Shown: positions 1 to 12,409, counted from the first letter of the stretch. The stretch: DNA of 64,000 nt from Octopus sinensis (GCF_006345805.1 NC_043003.1:74710001-74774000); one strand, 5' to 3'. Numbers and translations are program-made. Notes: generated by a model not told the origin, from the sequence alone.

Positions 1-99
1 ACCAAGTTAGAATATCAATTGTCTGATATATTTTGCATACTGATTTGTGTCATTCAACTACCTTTAAAATAGAACCAGGATAATATTATGAAGTATAAA

Positions 100-500
100 C
101 CCTTACCCATCAATGCTTAGTATCTTCTGACTTTAAATCAGAAACAGAATGGTTTATCATAGCAGACCAAGATCAATGTCTACCAAAAAGTTGCTACCAG
201 GCAAACATATCATAGAACGGAAGAAGTCCAACATGGTGTGTATGTAAACAACAAAATGAAACCATCGATCATCTCTCCATGTGCACTCTTTCTGCACCTA
301 GAGAGTTTCTCAACAGGCGTGATAAAGTAGCACAGTATATTCACTGGGTAATTCGCAAAACCTTGAACCTGCCCATGATAAAAACTGATGGGAACATAAA
401 CCACTTCTATTGCGTGAAAATGACCACACCTTACTAATTATGAACTTCACTATTTAAACTGACAGAAAGATAGGTGCGAATAGGCCAAATATTATTACGG
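100..500 (+). mobile_element. Decayed R4/Dong-type non-LTR retrotransposon, C-terminal CCHC and restriction-like endonuclease region
   Basis: Manual translation through stops and frameshifts: ...KSETEWFIIADQDQCLP...WCVCKQQNETIDHL-SMCTLSAPREFLNRRDKVAQYIHW...WEHKP...TDRKIGANRPNII. This matches the CxxC..ETxxH..C / RHD..IHW / TD..NRPDI signature of R2/R4-group elements. Confidence 0.8.
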
Positions 501-544
501 GAAACTTTTGAAAATGTACGGCATAAAGATTTAAAATTTTACCA

Positions 545-720
545 TAACCTAAGAAGTACATGCACAAAGAATTACTCATATCTATGGGAGTGAACGAGAT
601 TGCATCCAGGGTGATGAAGTATACAAGGTTGTGTAGAGCAAACTTAATGCGAGAAAAAAAGTATTGGTGTCATCAATACCCTGATTACAGATGTCGTAAT
701 CTGTTGCTTTAATATCATAA
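545..720 (+). mobile_element. R4/Dong-type RT thumb-region relic
   Basis: Translates as *SKLNARKKVL(fs)VINTLITDVVICCFNII, resembling the LKSxLNARNKxxAINTLAVPVVTYSFNII motif of R4/Dong ORFs. Confidence 0.6.
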
Positions 721-749
721 GGTCAGTAGTTTATGAAGAGAGGAGGAGG

Positions 750-1030
750 TCGATCACATCGACTCCGAAACTGGTATTAACTTTATGGGCCCTGTAAGGA
801 AGGAAGGCAAATTGAACCTCATTAGTATTTGAAATCAGAAACTAAAGACGGAAAAAAATGCCGCTGAGCATTTGGCCCAGCTTGCAAACGATTCTGCATG
901 GACGTTGTAATAATAATATCTGCTTCGAATTTTGGCAGGAGGCCAGCAATTTTGGTGGAGTGTGTAAGCCGATTACATCGACCTCAATGTTCAAATCATA
1001 CTCATTTTCTCGACCCCGAAATGATGAATG
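750..1030 (-). mobile_element. Two degenerate partial copies of SINE family C
   Basis: Reverse complement resembles the GCAGAATCGTTAGC...GAGTTCAAAT...GTCGACTTTGCCTTTCATCC element seen at 23164-23529 and 46672-46860. Confidence 0.6.
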
Positions 1031-1039
1031 AGAAAGCTG

Positions 1040-1040
<1 letters not shown>

Positions 1041-1092
<52 letters not shown>

Positions 1093-1125
1093 TATATATA
1101 CATATACATACATACATTCATACAT

Positions 1126-1156
<31 letters not shown>

Positions 1157-1165
1157 ATATATATA
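1041..1165. repeat. Compound (CA)n/(TA)n microsatellite
   Basis: Seen directly; source of the [12 protein letters not shown] pseudo-ORFs. Confidence 0.95.
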
Positions 1166-1722
1166 ATAAATGAAAAATGCATGATAAACAAACGACATAA
1201 CGTATACTGAATATGAAAAGAAACGGGAGACAAAGAGAAGGCCCGTAATCCTTCAGTTATCGACCAACAGGTAATATACTGTTTCGCACATTTAACAATA
1301 AAACTGAATGCTTCCCAATTGGCGGTGCCCGCGAAAAATGTTTTCTTAGGAAGAATTATGGACGAGAACAAACAAAACACTACAAGCAAAATGACAGAAA
1401 GTATGATTTAGGACTGTGTACAAGAACGAACAGTCGAACGGGTAACGCTTAGAAAATGTCTCGAATGTTGGAGAACGGAGAGAGAATTTGCTACTGGTCA
1501 TTTTGCTTGTCTTCTTTATTTGTTCTCGTCCCTAATTCTCCACAAGAAAACATTTTTGCAGGCACCACCAGTTGGGAAGCGCTCTGGATTATTGTTACAG
1601 GTAAACATTACCAAGAACATTAGCAAGAAGAATTGCAGTCCTTCTGTTTGTCTCCGCTTTTTTTACATTTAATATATATAATGTCATTTATTCACCATAC
1701 AATCATACATTTTTCATTTACT
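1165..1722. repeat. Long diverged inverted repeat (~230-bp arms, ~100-bp spacer)
   Basis: GCTTCCCAATTGGCGGTGCCCGCGAAAAATGTTTTCTT...GGACGAGAACAAA...ACAAGCAAAATGAC (1310-1395) is the approximate reverse complement of 1497-1580. AATGAAAAATGCATGAT pairs with ATCATACATTTTTCATT at the outer ends. Confidence 0.9.
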
Positions 1723-1755
1723 GAATACTGGAACGCAAATCACACCGATTTCATA

Positions 1756-1812
<57 letters not shown>

Positions 1813-1829
1813 GTTTTTTTATACATACA

Positions 1830-2140
1830 TATATGTACATACCTACACATATATGCATATATGAATATAGGACGTCAAAAAAACGCGGACAAAGTAAAAA
1901 AATATTGAATATAAAAATACAAAAAACATGAATAAAGAACTTTTTTTCGAACAACGAAAGAAACAAATGGAGAAACGTGTCAGGCAACATAAAGAACAAT
2001 CCCTTCGTCACTGCCTGTCTCCTGTCTTAGATCCTTTCTTCCGCTTTCACCAGTTTAACTCGTTATGGCTTAAAAGCCGCCACCGTCTGTATTTATTGTT
2101 TTGTTCTTACTGTCCTGTTTTTGTTACCACTTACGATGTT
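1830..2140. mobile_element. Copy of interspersed repeat family G (Penelope pseudo-LTR-like), with an internally inverted segment
   Basis: Shares ATATGTACATACCTACACATATATG, CGAACAACGAAAGAAACAAA and CAGG(C/T)AACATAAAGAACA with 32468-32710. Segment 2070-2130 is the reverse complement of 32771-32830. The Penelope assignment is inference. Confidence 0.65.
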
Positions 2141-2883
2141 CAGGATATGGAGAAAACAGTGGCGGGGGTGGGGTTAATTTGTTTAGCATTCAGTTTTTTT
2201 TCTGAAAGATATGATATACAAGAAAGGAATGGATGGATAAGCAAATTTACAGCTAGGAGAATCTAAAATGCTTCGTATGCAACCGTAGCAGCACATTGAA
2301 AAAATCTGGAAGTGGTTACAGACATTTCCTTAGCCGTCATTGTCATGAGAAACAGCTTTGTCTCTGGATTGTGTGAAAATGTATGTGTGCGTGTGTGTGT
2401 TCGTCCACGTCCGCTTGCCTGCACGTTCGCGCTCGTATTTAATAAATGCTGAAAATAATTTTAAAAGTTTGAGAATTAACTTTTCACTCCCAGCACTCAT
2501 CTATGTATCTCACCTAATTAACCATGTTTCACTTCTAGCCTATTCACCCAATTTATCTTTTTGAATTGTTTGAATCTATTATCCAACTTGGTTGCACCAC
2601 CTAATGGCACATATTTTTCTGGGTGGTGAAAGTTTAGCTTTCCATATACAGAATGGTGTTCTTCAATATCAGACATACTTCCATCAAATTCTTCTTTTGT
2701 TTCGACCAATAGCAAGGCAATTACATTGGAGATGATGTCGCATCCATCTATTTCTTTTGTGTTTAGGCTCATTCTTCTACTTCCTTCTCATTCTAAACTC
2801 CCTGACAATTTCACACAGTTTTCCAGGGTCGATTTTGTAGCAATCATCATTAGACAATGAAGTGGAGACGATACTTGTAAACT

Positions 2884-3277
2884 GTTTTTTGATGGAAGCG
2901 CTCCGTCGGCTACGACGACGAGGGTTCCGGTTGATCCGAATCAACGGAACAGCCTGCTCGTGAAATTAACGTGTAATTGGCTGAGCACTCCACAGACACG
3001 TGTACCCTTAACGTAGTTCTCGGGGATATTCAGCGCGACACAGAGAGTGACAAGGTCGGCCCCTTGAAATACAGGTACAACAGAAACAGGAAGTAAGAGT
3101 GAGAGAAAGTTGTGGTGAAAGAGTACAGCAGGGATCACCACCATCCCCTGTCGGAGCCTCGTGGAGCTTTAGGTGTTTTCGCTCAATAGACACTCACAAC
3201 GCCCGGTCTGGGAATCGAAACCACGATCCTATGACCGCGAGTCCGCTGCCCTAACCACTGGGCCATTGCGCCTCCAC
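2884..3277 (-). mobile_element. Full-length tRNA-derived SINE (family A) with 11-bp TSD
   Basis: Minus strand begins GTGGAGGCGCAATGGCCCAGTGGTTAGGGCAGCGGACTCGCGG...GGTTTCGATTCCC (Pol III A and B boxes) and has an A-rich 3' end. TSD ACTTGTAAACT at 2873-2883 and 3278-3288. Homologous copies at 11013, 29514 and 36291. Confidence 0.92.
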
Positions 3278-4305
3278 ACTTGTAAACTACAATCATCTTT
3301 GATGAAAAAGATGACCCATTGACTTCTGAATATAGCCTGTTAGGTTCTGATGCTTATGGAATTGAGTATAATATGTTTCCCCGTACCTTTCATGTAACAA
3401 ATTTGTAACAAATGCTTACTTTTAGCAGACGTTCTTTGTTCTCCGCTTCATTAATTAGTTGAAATCAACTTCTTTCCTGCCTCAGTCGTTTGTTTACATT
3501 GCCCTCAATAACTTAAAAATACTACAGTTGCAGTAATTGAACTCCCAATCTTTTGCAACTTTTGCGATTACTCTCTATGACCAATATAAGCGGCAAGTCT
3601 TCATGATAAACATTTGGTGGGTATTTAGATAGTCAAGACTAGATAATCTACGCCGACCACACCCGGTCAGAGGCTGATTTTTCTTCTTATCTCTGAAACA
3701 TCTGCCTGTCAAGGACGAAAACATCCTTCTACACATTGGCTTGGTTACTCACGGAAACATTCCACAAAGGCATATGAAAACTTCCGCTTGTTTTTGTACA
3801 CAATAGTCGCACAAGGACCTCTCCAATGTACTATAATTGCTCTGCACTTTTAATTTCGATAGGTGTTGACTCAGATATCAATTCGAGTTGGAAGAGTAAC
3901 TATATATGTGTTGCTGATGTTGTTTTTGGCGGTGGTGGTGGTTATTATCGTTTTGTTATTGTCATTACAAAATTTCGCGTTATCCAATTTTTTTGTCCGT
4001 ACGCCTCAAACTGCAAATTATGCTGAACACAATTTCTATTAATTTAATGTGAATTTCTTCTGGTTTTTGATGTGACTAAGAGACTATACAATAAAATGTC
4101 CTAGAAAGGAAACATATTTCTAATTCGGTTAATGAAGAGGACGTTGAAATATTCCCAAACCCTTTGTAACATAAGCAAATATATTCGTACATTAGCAACA
4201 TACACGATGAAAACGTCTTACTTTTTTTTTATATTTCTTATGTAATATTGGATTTTCAGTGAGGAAGAGTTGGCTGATGCTGGAATTCGTTAGCTTCAGG
4301 ATTCG

Positions 4306-4306
<1 letters not shown>

Positions 4307-4388
<82 letters not shown>

Positions 4389-4470
4389 TATAATAATAAT
4401 AATTATAATAGTAATAATAATAATAATAATAATGATAATAATAAAAATATTAATAATAATAATAATGATG
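4307..4470. repeat. (AAT)n trinucleotide microsatellite
   Basis: Seen directly. Confidence 0.95.
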
Positions 4471-5216
4471 ACACTGGTGATAACAAGCTATAATTACACA
4501 TAATGAAACATATATCAATAATGTTACTCTTAGACAGATTAGATATTGAAGACGGAATCGTTGATGATGTGAGTGTGAAAATAATGATGAATTATAATAA
4601 TTATTAATAGATAAACCTGCCAAGAAGCAGAAAACTCCGAAGTGCATTTAACACCTCCTAGACTTTGAAATAGAGATGAATAGACATCGTTAATGTAATC
4701 AAGGTTTTGAATGGTTAATTTGGGATCGGAAGAAAATTTGATAGGAATGGTTCCGGGTATAAGAATTTCTCAGTGAGAAAAGGAAAAGGTGTGAAAGTAA
4801 AATATCGTTTTGTGGTTTGGAGAATGAGACTGAACTAATGACTATCGTTAAAGATAATGTTGGAAATACGTAGACTTGGTATTCATGCCGTGGACATGGG
4901 GGACACATGAAATTCGTTCAAACTACAAAAGGTGTTGTACTGTGTACATCAAAGTAACATAACGATATGAATGTGAGAGAGGAGTAAGTGTTGAAATTAG
5001 ACTTAGTCTCACTCGGCAAATAGAAGTAACACATTGTACATGAAGTTGAAGAAAATAGTTTGCCGCGAGATAAAGAATCCTATCAGGACATTTCGGTGGA
5101 GATACATCAAAACTAACAATATATTAAGACGCCCACTTTTTGCAGTCCTTTTATTCTATTACTAACTGACATTTTTTTTCATATTATCAACATATACTAC
5201 TAGTATTAATATATAT

Positions 5217-5340
5217 AGGGAGAGTTTACGGAAAATAACAAACAAAAGACGAAGACAGGTGGTGTACAAAACAAACAGATGTATTAGTATAACGCTCAGG
5301 AATAGAAAAAGTCTTTTACGTTTCGAGCCGACGCTCTTCA
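5217..5340 (-). mobile_element. Hammerhead-bearing element, subfamily D2 (truncated within the ribozyme core)
   Basis: Minus strand GAAGAGCGTCGGCTCGAAACGTAAAAGAC...CCTGAGCGTTATACTAATACATCTG...CGTAAACTCTCCC(TA)n; homologous to 29222-29433. Confidence 0.8.
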
Positions 5341-6549
5341 TATCCCTTTGCTCTTTTTCGTGCTATTTCAGATGTACAACTGGTAATTATATATTTCTGT
5401 ACTCTGTGATTTGTGATGTACACAAATGAAATAATTTATTACTCTTTGGCATTATCCCGTATCCGAGTAGTCAATATGTGGCGAAATATTGAGTCACTTC
5501 ATCCTGGTGGGTGTCAAGGGTACTGGTGCCTGAGGTGGCAGTTCAGGCCAAGGGCTGTATAGAAGAACCGGGTGACATTTATCGAACAGGAGGGTTAGCG
5601 GTTTTCGAGGAAGTGCGAGTTGCTTTTTGCATCTTCGGTCTCTGATCTCAGCCTCCTAACGTGTTATTTTCTCGCTAATCCGTTCCCTAGACGATGATAT
5701 TTCACCACTTTTGGGCAGTCCTTGGAAATTTTCTCCCTACCTAAACACCAACCTATGTGTGTAGTCACGGTCAGAGATAATAGTTTATTTTTAAGGGCAA
5801 TTTTTACAACTCCATATCAGATGAAGAGTTTTAGTTTTATAGATCCTAACATGGTTTTCGCAATCTAGCAAAATGCAACCAGTCAATCCAGTTGTATGCA
5901 GACAAGGATACATGTAGCAATGATCAGAATTTATCTATTTCACATCTTTATACTGTTGTATTTGAGGTATTAAAGGCATCATTACGCATACACTCACGCG
6001 TACACTTACGCATGCACTCACAATTGTGTGTGAGAGGTGTTAAAATTCAGGTGTGCTTGAGTAGCTACAGTAACGATTTTCATTTATGTACGTGTGCATG
6101 TGTGTGCTTGTGTGTATGAGCGTAAGTATATGTGTATGCGTGCATGCATATACACATGCTCACACACATATACGTGCAGATTTTCTGCGTACATGTGTGT
6201 GTATTTTCACGTATATACACAAATATATAATCAATTTACGCTTTACAAATGAAAGGAAAGTGCACTTAAGCCATTCGATTGTATACCTAACTATATGCCT
6301 GTGTATATGTGACCGCAAGGTGTTTGCATGTAAGGGTGTGTCTATATTCTGTTAATGATCTAGAACTTCAAACTTTCACACACACACGCAAAACGTTTCT
6401 GATCTTTCATCATCTGAATTTTCACAACGCTTGGCTGTTTGTGAATCTAGTGTCCAATGTCATTAGTTGTTTGCAAACACACATGCAACACTCAAACTCA
6501 CACATGCACACACAAGCATATGTCTGTGTGCTAGTATTGAAATTTATAG

Positions 6550-6690
6550 AAAAACAAAAGACGAAGACAAGTGTAAGAAACAACAGGCAAGTGTATTAAT
6601 GTGATACTTGAGAAAATAAAAAAAAGTATTTTACGCTTCGAGGCTACGCTCCTCAACAGAAGGGTATAAGTGGAAATAGGGAGAGAATTA
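6550..6690 (-). mobile_element. Hammerhead-bearing element, subfamily D2 (diverged)
   Basis: Minus strand CCCTTCTGTTGAGGAGCGTAGCCTCGAAGCGTAAAA...TAATACACTTGCCTGTTG...TGTCTTCGTCTTTTG. Confidence 0.65.
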
Positions 6691-6720
6691 AAATATACTT
6701 GTAGATTTCAGTGGTCCAGC

Positions 6721-6782
<62 letters not shown>

Positions 6783-6926
6783 GTGTGTGTGTGTGTGTGT
6801 GTATGCATATATGTAAATATGTATATATATATATATACATATATACATATATATATAGAGATATATACATACACATATATGTATGTATGTATATATGAAT
6901 GTATATATATGTATATATGTATATAT

Positions 6927-6985
<59 letters not shown>

Positions 6986-7020
6986 GCATTTATACACACA
7001 CACACATGTATATATATATG
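6721..7020. repeat. Compound (TA)n/(GT)n microsatellite
   Basis: Seen directly. Confidence 0.95.
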
Positions 7021-7999
7021 TGTGATTTTTAGTAGAATATTCAGCAGGTACAAAGTCTCTCGGCCATTTCGCGAATATGTTGGTTGTGATGGGCGAAATA
7101 TTTCAGCGCATTTCAACCTACATATTCTCGAAACGGCTGTCAGATTTTGTAACTGCTGAAAATGTTTCTTAAAATCATCTTATACCACCATATCATCTAT
7201 TTGGATCACAGCTTCTCATTCACCATGCGTATCTATTATCATCATCATCGATTTCTAATACGGATATACAACCTCATAAAATCTCATGCCAGTACATTTA
7301 TGATTTCTCTATGGTTAAATATTTATATATTTATATATTTTTATATTATATCATAATATACATGAGTGCACCTACGAATGCTGTGAAATATTGCGATGCT
7401 ATAAAATATATTGAGTGATTAGGAATACTGACGTCTGAAAAAATTTGCCTCCCCTTTCATGGTCTTCTATGTATATATATATATAAATGAATGAATGAAT
7501 TATCCTTCGTTTACCGTTAACATGGAAAATTCAATAAACAGTTACCCGGGTAGCAAAATTTACTCAATTAACAAGAGAATGTAGCGACCTATTCAGAGTT
7601 TGAAACACCGGGTTAATGTGCAGTAATTTGTATAGTATAAGTAAATAAATGGAGTTGAACGCAGATGTTGTTCAAATTCTTTTACTTTCGACATATGTTT
7701 CGAAGACAACATTGGTTTTATTCCAAAGGAATAAAGTGTGTAAAAAAATGCATCAGGAAAGAAAGAGAACCGATCTCAACAACAATACATCCCAATATAT
7801 CTCTCTTTATTTGTTCTCTACTTATTATTTCTTTACCACTTCTCTTCCTAGGGTTTGCCTTTAACGTCGGATCTACTAACAATTTTTTAAAATACTTAAT
7901 AGCGTTCTGTTTATCATGTATGCAGTCATCAAAATTGTTATAATGTCTTATTTACTTATGTATATATATATTCATGTATGTGTATGTATATATATATAT

Positions 8000-8196
8000 C
8001 GCCTGTGTACCGTTGGTGATCTTTTCCTCCGTCTTCCCTTCCTTGAATCTTTCCTTTTCCTATGTTTCTGACGAAGAGCTCCGCTCGAAACGTTAAATCC
8101 TCCTTCTTGCCATCCTTTCCTGAGCGTCTAATAACACTATACTTGTTCCACATCCTCGTATTGATGTGCTTTCTCTTTGGGTTTACATGTTTTGAT

Positions 8197-8200
<4 letters not shown>
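8000..8200 (+). mobile_element. Hammerhead-bearing element, subfamily D1, flanked by (TA)n
   Basis: Closely homologous to 30586-30790 (GTACCGTTGG...CCTATGTTTC...CCTGAGCGTC...TTGTTCCAC...GATTAACTATATA). Confidence 0.85.
8064..8098 (+). ncRNA. Minimal type I hammerhead ribozyme motif
   Basis: GTTT-CTGACGA-A-GAGC(TCC)GCTC-GAAA-CGTT-AAAT: canonical CUGANGA and GAAA core, 4-bp stem II, palindromic AACGUU stem III (would need a dimer), stem I GUUU/AAAU, predicted cleavage after GUU at 8094. Activity untested. Confidence 0.7.
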
Positions 8201-8250
<50 letters not shown>

Positions 8251-8472
8251 CGCGTCTGTGTGTGGTACATGTTTGGCGATTTCGGTCTCTTTATCTGTGA
8301 TAATCTGTATACCTCATACAATATACATAGTTATACTATTCTTATCAATGATATATTACATGTATTTACGTAAATTTTTATGAGATAGGATAACTGACAC
8401 ACACACACACGCATACACACATATATATACAAGTGTGCGTATGTGTGTGCTTGTGAGTGTAAGGAAAAATAG

Positions 8473-8662
8473 CTTCAAATTTTGACACCAAGCAATTTCG
8501 ATTGAGGTTGTAAATCGACTACATAGACACCTGTGCTCAACTGGTACTTGTTTAATCCATCCTAAAAGGATGGCAGGCAATGTCGAGTTCGGCAGAATTT
8601 GGACTCAGAACATTACGTCGCTAAGCATTTTTCAGCGTTGCAACGATTCTGCAAGTTCGCCG
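8473..8662 (-). mobile_element. SINE family C
   Basis: Minus strand GGCGAACTTGCAGAATCGTTGC...GCTTAGCG...TTCTGAGTCCAAATTCTGCCGAACTCGACATTGCC...AAGTACCAGTTGAGCAC. Confidence 0.75.
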
Positions 8663-9104
8663 TTTTTATGTGCGGAAATATGACTGCTATTTCGTAGTTG
8701 TGTCAAAGTAGTTTTCCTTGGACTTTATATTACTTCCGAATCACAAGTCTTTGATACTGGCGAAAAATGTTGAGGAAGGGAGCAATAATGCAGCGAAATT
8801 AGTGTGATGTAGTAGTGTATTTTGTTGTATATAAAGAAATTGATTTGTAGATAGTTTAATGGTGCAGGATGAAAAATATTGTATGACAAGGAGGAAGCCT
8901 TAAATATGAGAGATGAAGAAAATGGTGACAGAGAAGACGAATTCTATTGTTTATAGTGAAAGGGTTGAAAGTATTGCAATTTATTTTTTTATTTTTTATT
9001 TTTTTTTGTCTTCGTCAAACATCTATCTGTGGCTTCGTTTAAATTGGTTATTTTTTTTACTTTTGAAATTTGTGTATGCATATATGTCTATACATACACA
9101 CACT

Positions 9105-9188
<84 letters not shown>

Positions 9189-9369
9189 GGTAGGAGCATT
9201 ACTTACATCTTTGTATTAACAATTTTTTTCGTAAAAATAGAGAGGTAATATATCTCGCAAACCCTTTCCGTAGATATAAAAATTTATACTGAGATAAATA
9301 TTCTGTTTGCCTATACATAAATATATACATAGGCACACAAAAATACGTACACATGTATATCTATCGATG

Positions 9370-9370
9370 C

Positions 9371-9417
<47 letters not shown>

Positions 9418-9459
9418 ATCTATCTATCTATATCTATCTATCTATCTATCTATCTATAA

Positions 9460-9520
<61 letters not shown>

Positions 9521-9615
9521 TATATATATGTGTGTGTATACATATACATATATATGTACATACATATGTATATATGTATATGTATATATGTGCATATATG
9601 TAGAGAGAGAGAGAG
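9370..9615. repeat. Compound (CTAT)n/(TA)n/(GA)n microsatellite
   Basis: Seen directly. Confidence 0.95.
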
Positions 9616-10149
9616 ATGTTTCTATGTATGCTTCTATGTATACCATAATTACTAACAACATCCTCTTTACCATCGTGACTAATACTGTAGCTTGCTAGCA
9701 CACACAACTGAACACACATAAATACGTTCGTGCTCTTCCTATGTGACTGTTTCCACATTATATAATTATCTATGTCAAAATTTGATTACATAAGGTGTAA
9801 ATGGCAATTTTGCAGAAGAACAGCTGCGTTTGCCTTGTTTTTGCTGCTGTTAATTCTCTTTTTTTAAAATTCTCCGGTCACCCATAGCTGACAGAGCTTG
9901 GATCAGAAGCATTACTGCCATGATTATCTTGTCTTCTCAGTCTCTTGTACTACTGCTGCCTTCTTCATGATGAATGTTTCTTCCTTATGACCGGAAAGTA
10001 TGATTTGTGGACAGTGTGGTTGTTATTTCCTCAGCGTGTGTTGTAAAGTAGTGTCTCTACACATTAGCTCATATTATTCCCAGGTAGCCAGTTGGTAAAT
10101 ATAGTTGCTATAATCTGTCATAACTACTACAAATATTAACATAATTTAG

Positions 10150-10830
10150 AAGGGGGAATATTTGAGTCTATATCAACAATGTAAATTTGCGAAATTTGAA
10201 GGAAACATGCGATTTGATTAAATGGAGATGAAATAGGAACAGTTTGCGTCCACTTAGAAATCTCTGACTGCAGCTGCCAGAAATATTCTTTTGCATCTCT
10301 GCGTAAATTCAACAAAATTGTTGCCTGGAGACAGCCCGAAACGCATGTGTATGAGATGACTTCTATCAGATGACGCGACATCAAAAAATCGTGTAGGGCA
10401 AGGCAGTTCGGGGAAACCGAATTGCGTTTTAAGAATGGGACCCACGCAGTAAGACATTCAGTGGAAACCATCGGCAATGAAGACTCAGCTCTCGCATGGC
10501 TTAATTGGGAAAATGGGCAGTAAAATTAACAATACCTCTGTATCTGATCAGACATTCATATCGGATGGCACACACAATGTTTAAGGCGAGTGAAAATTTA
10601 GTGAATGTGAAATAAAAAGAACTAGAAAAATTGTTTTGGGGCATACTAGAAGTTATTATGTATGTCAAGCGCCAGGATCTGGAAAGTGTTCGAAGCCTCA
10701 GTCCCCTACCGAAATCTGCGAAATCACGAATAATTGTGATCAGTAGATGACCGATGCAGTACGTGTGAGGAACACTTGTCCGTCTCAGATTTTTCTTCTC
10801 ATACAACCAAATCAGAAAAGCAGTAATGAG
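10150..10830 (-). mobile_element. Probable highly decayed LINE (Tx1/L1-like) relic
   Basis: Higher-GC, non-microsatellite block with partly open minus frames (LPMVSTECLTAWVPFLKR...; ...GLRLRTLSRSW) only loosely resembling L1/Tx1 ORF2. No diagnostic motif. Confidence 0.3.
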
Positions 10831-11012
10831 GAGTCTCAATGTTGCTGATTTTATCTCTGTTACAAAAAACAGACGCATTAACAACAGTAGCAGGAAGGAT
10901 AAAATACAGCAATAATAACAAAGACTGTACCAAATTCAACAATCACAACAACAAAACAACGGAAGCAAGAACAAGTACGAAGACGGTGACTACAACAACA
11001 GCAATAACAACT

Positions 11013-11208
11013 GTAGGGGCGCAATGTTCCTGTGGTTAGGGCAGCAGACTCGCAGTCGTAAGAACGCGGTTTCGATTCCCAGACCGGGCATTGTGAGTGT
11101 TTATTGAGCAAAAACTGCTAAGCTCCACGAGGCTCCAGCGGGTGGTGGTGGTGAACCCCGCTATACTCATTCACCTCAACTTTCTCTCACTCTTTCTTCC
11201 TACTTCTG
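11013..11208 (+). mobile_element. SINE family A, 5' half
   Basis: GGGGCGCAATGTTCCTGTGGTTAGGGCAGCAGACTCGCAG...GGTTTCGATTCCCAGACCGGGC matches the head of the 2884-3277 copy. Confidence 0.85.
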
Positions 11209-11492
11209 CCACAAATCAAAGGAACCATGATGTAACCCACTGTGGTGTGGTAAAACTTTCAGACTCTAGTCTAGATTGCGAATCCTCTGTGCCCCAGGAT
11301 GGTTCAGCTCTCCGCCCATTAAAAGCCACCGTTTACGGAATGAGGATATCAACGTAGCTTTCGCGCCCGTGCAACCGCCAGTCTATCGCGTATGGTGGGT
11401 GGATCTTCAAGTTGCCACACGCATTCTTAGTAACTTAGAGTAGGCTCGAATTAGAGATTATTCTTTGTGACTAATGGCGTGAGTTCTGATTG

Positions 11493-11597
11493 GAAGAAGA
11501 AGAAGAAGAAGAAAAAGAAGAAGAAGAAGAAGAAGAAGAAGAAGAAGAAGAAGAAGAAGAAGAAGAAGAAGAAGAGGAGGAGGAGGAGGAGGAGGAG
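11493..11597. repeat. (GAA)n followed by (GGA)n purine tract
   Basis: Seen directly; explains the poly-K, poly-E and poly-S ORFs. Confidence 0.95.
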
Positions 11598-12409
11598 ACG
11601 ACAACAATTACTGCAGAATTCACGTACACAGCCACAGCAGAAGCACCGACAAAATCAGCATCAATTTCTTCAGCAATAGCAACAACTCTAGCGAAAAATA
11701 ATAAATGTAAGAAAATAAGTGCAATCAGGTGATATCCCAAACCAGAATACCCTCAATTCTAACCCTATTCCTCCTCACTACATGAACAAGACATGATGCC
11801 CTTACACTGTCTGAGTCGGAGTCTTCCAATCATATTAGTGATGAAGATGACAAATAATCAAAGAAGTGGGGGGGGGGGAATGCAAGATCATAAAACAACA
11901 CTAATTCCATATCGAACACAAAATATCGCTAAATCCAGAACAAATAGCTATTTAAAGTAAACGCACAAACAGCAATGAGCACAATGAAATGTAGTAAAAA
12001 AATATTATATATATATATACATAAAGTAGAAGGTAAACAACAAACAATAGATAAATGACACCAGCGACAACTACATCAACAATTTGCGACCTTATCCAAC
12101 TTTGTGCAAGTAAGAAGAAGAAAATTAAGACTTGTTATCTTAGAATTCATAAAGAGGAAATATATAGATACGTGGAGAGGTTCTCAATAAAAGGCAAGGA
12201 TTGTGTAGGAGGACCTGAAATTAATAAGTTTCCAGTAGATATAATGAATTGGGAACGATTTTCCCGTATGATATCGGGTCCCCCAGCATCATAGTCTCTA
12301 ACAGGTCACTGCAGACCCCCCTTGCAAAGATATGATTTTGATACACGTGATTACCTGCTCAGGCAAATAGTAAAAGAACGTAAGTGAAACTTTCTCCTAC
12401 CAATATGGC

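Noticed and set aside
3200-3277. tRNA-like sequences with A and B boxes (also 11013, 20692, 59150)
   Set aside because: They are SINE heads continuing into repeated bodies with TSDs, not tRNA genes.
4870-4920. WYSCRGHGGHMK resembling a Gag CCHC zinc knuckle
   Set aside because: The first and last Cys are missing and there is no supporting ORF; too weak to call.
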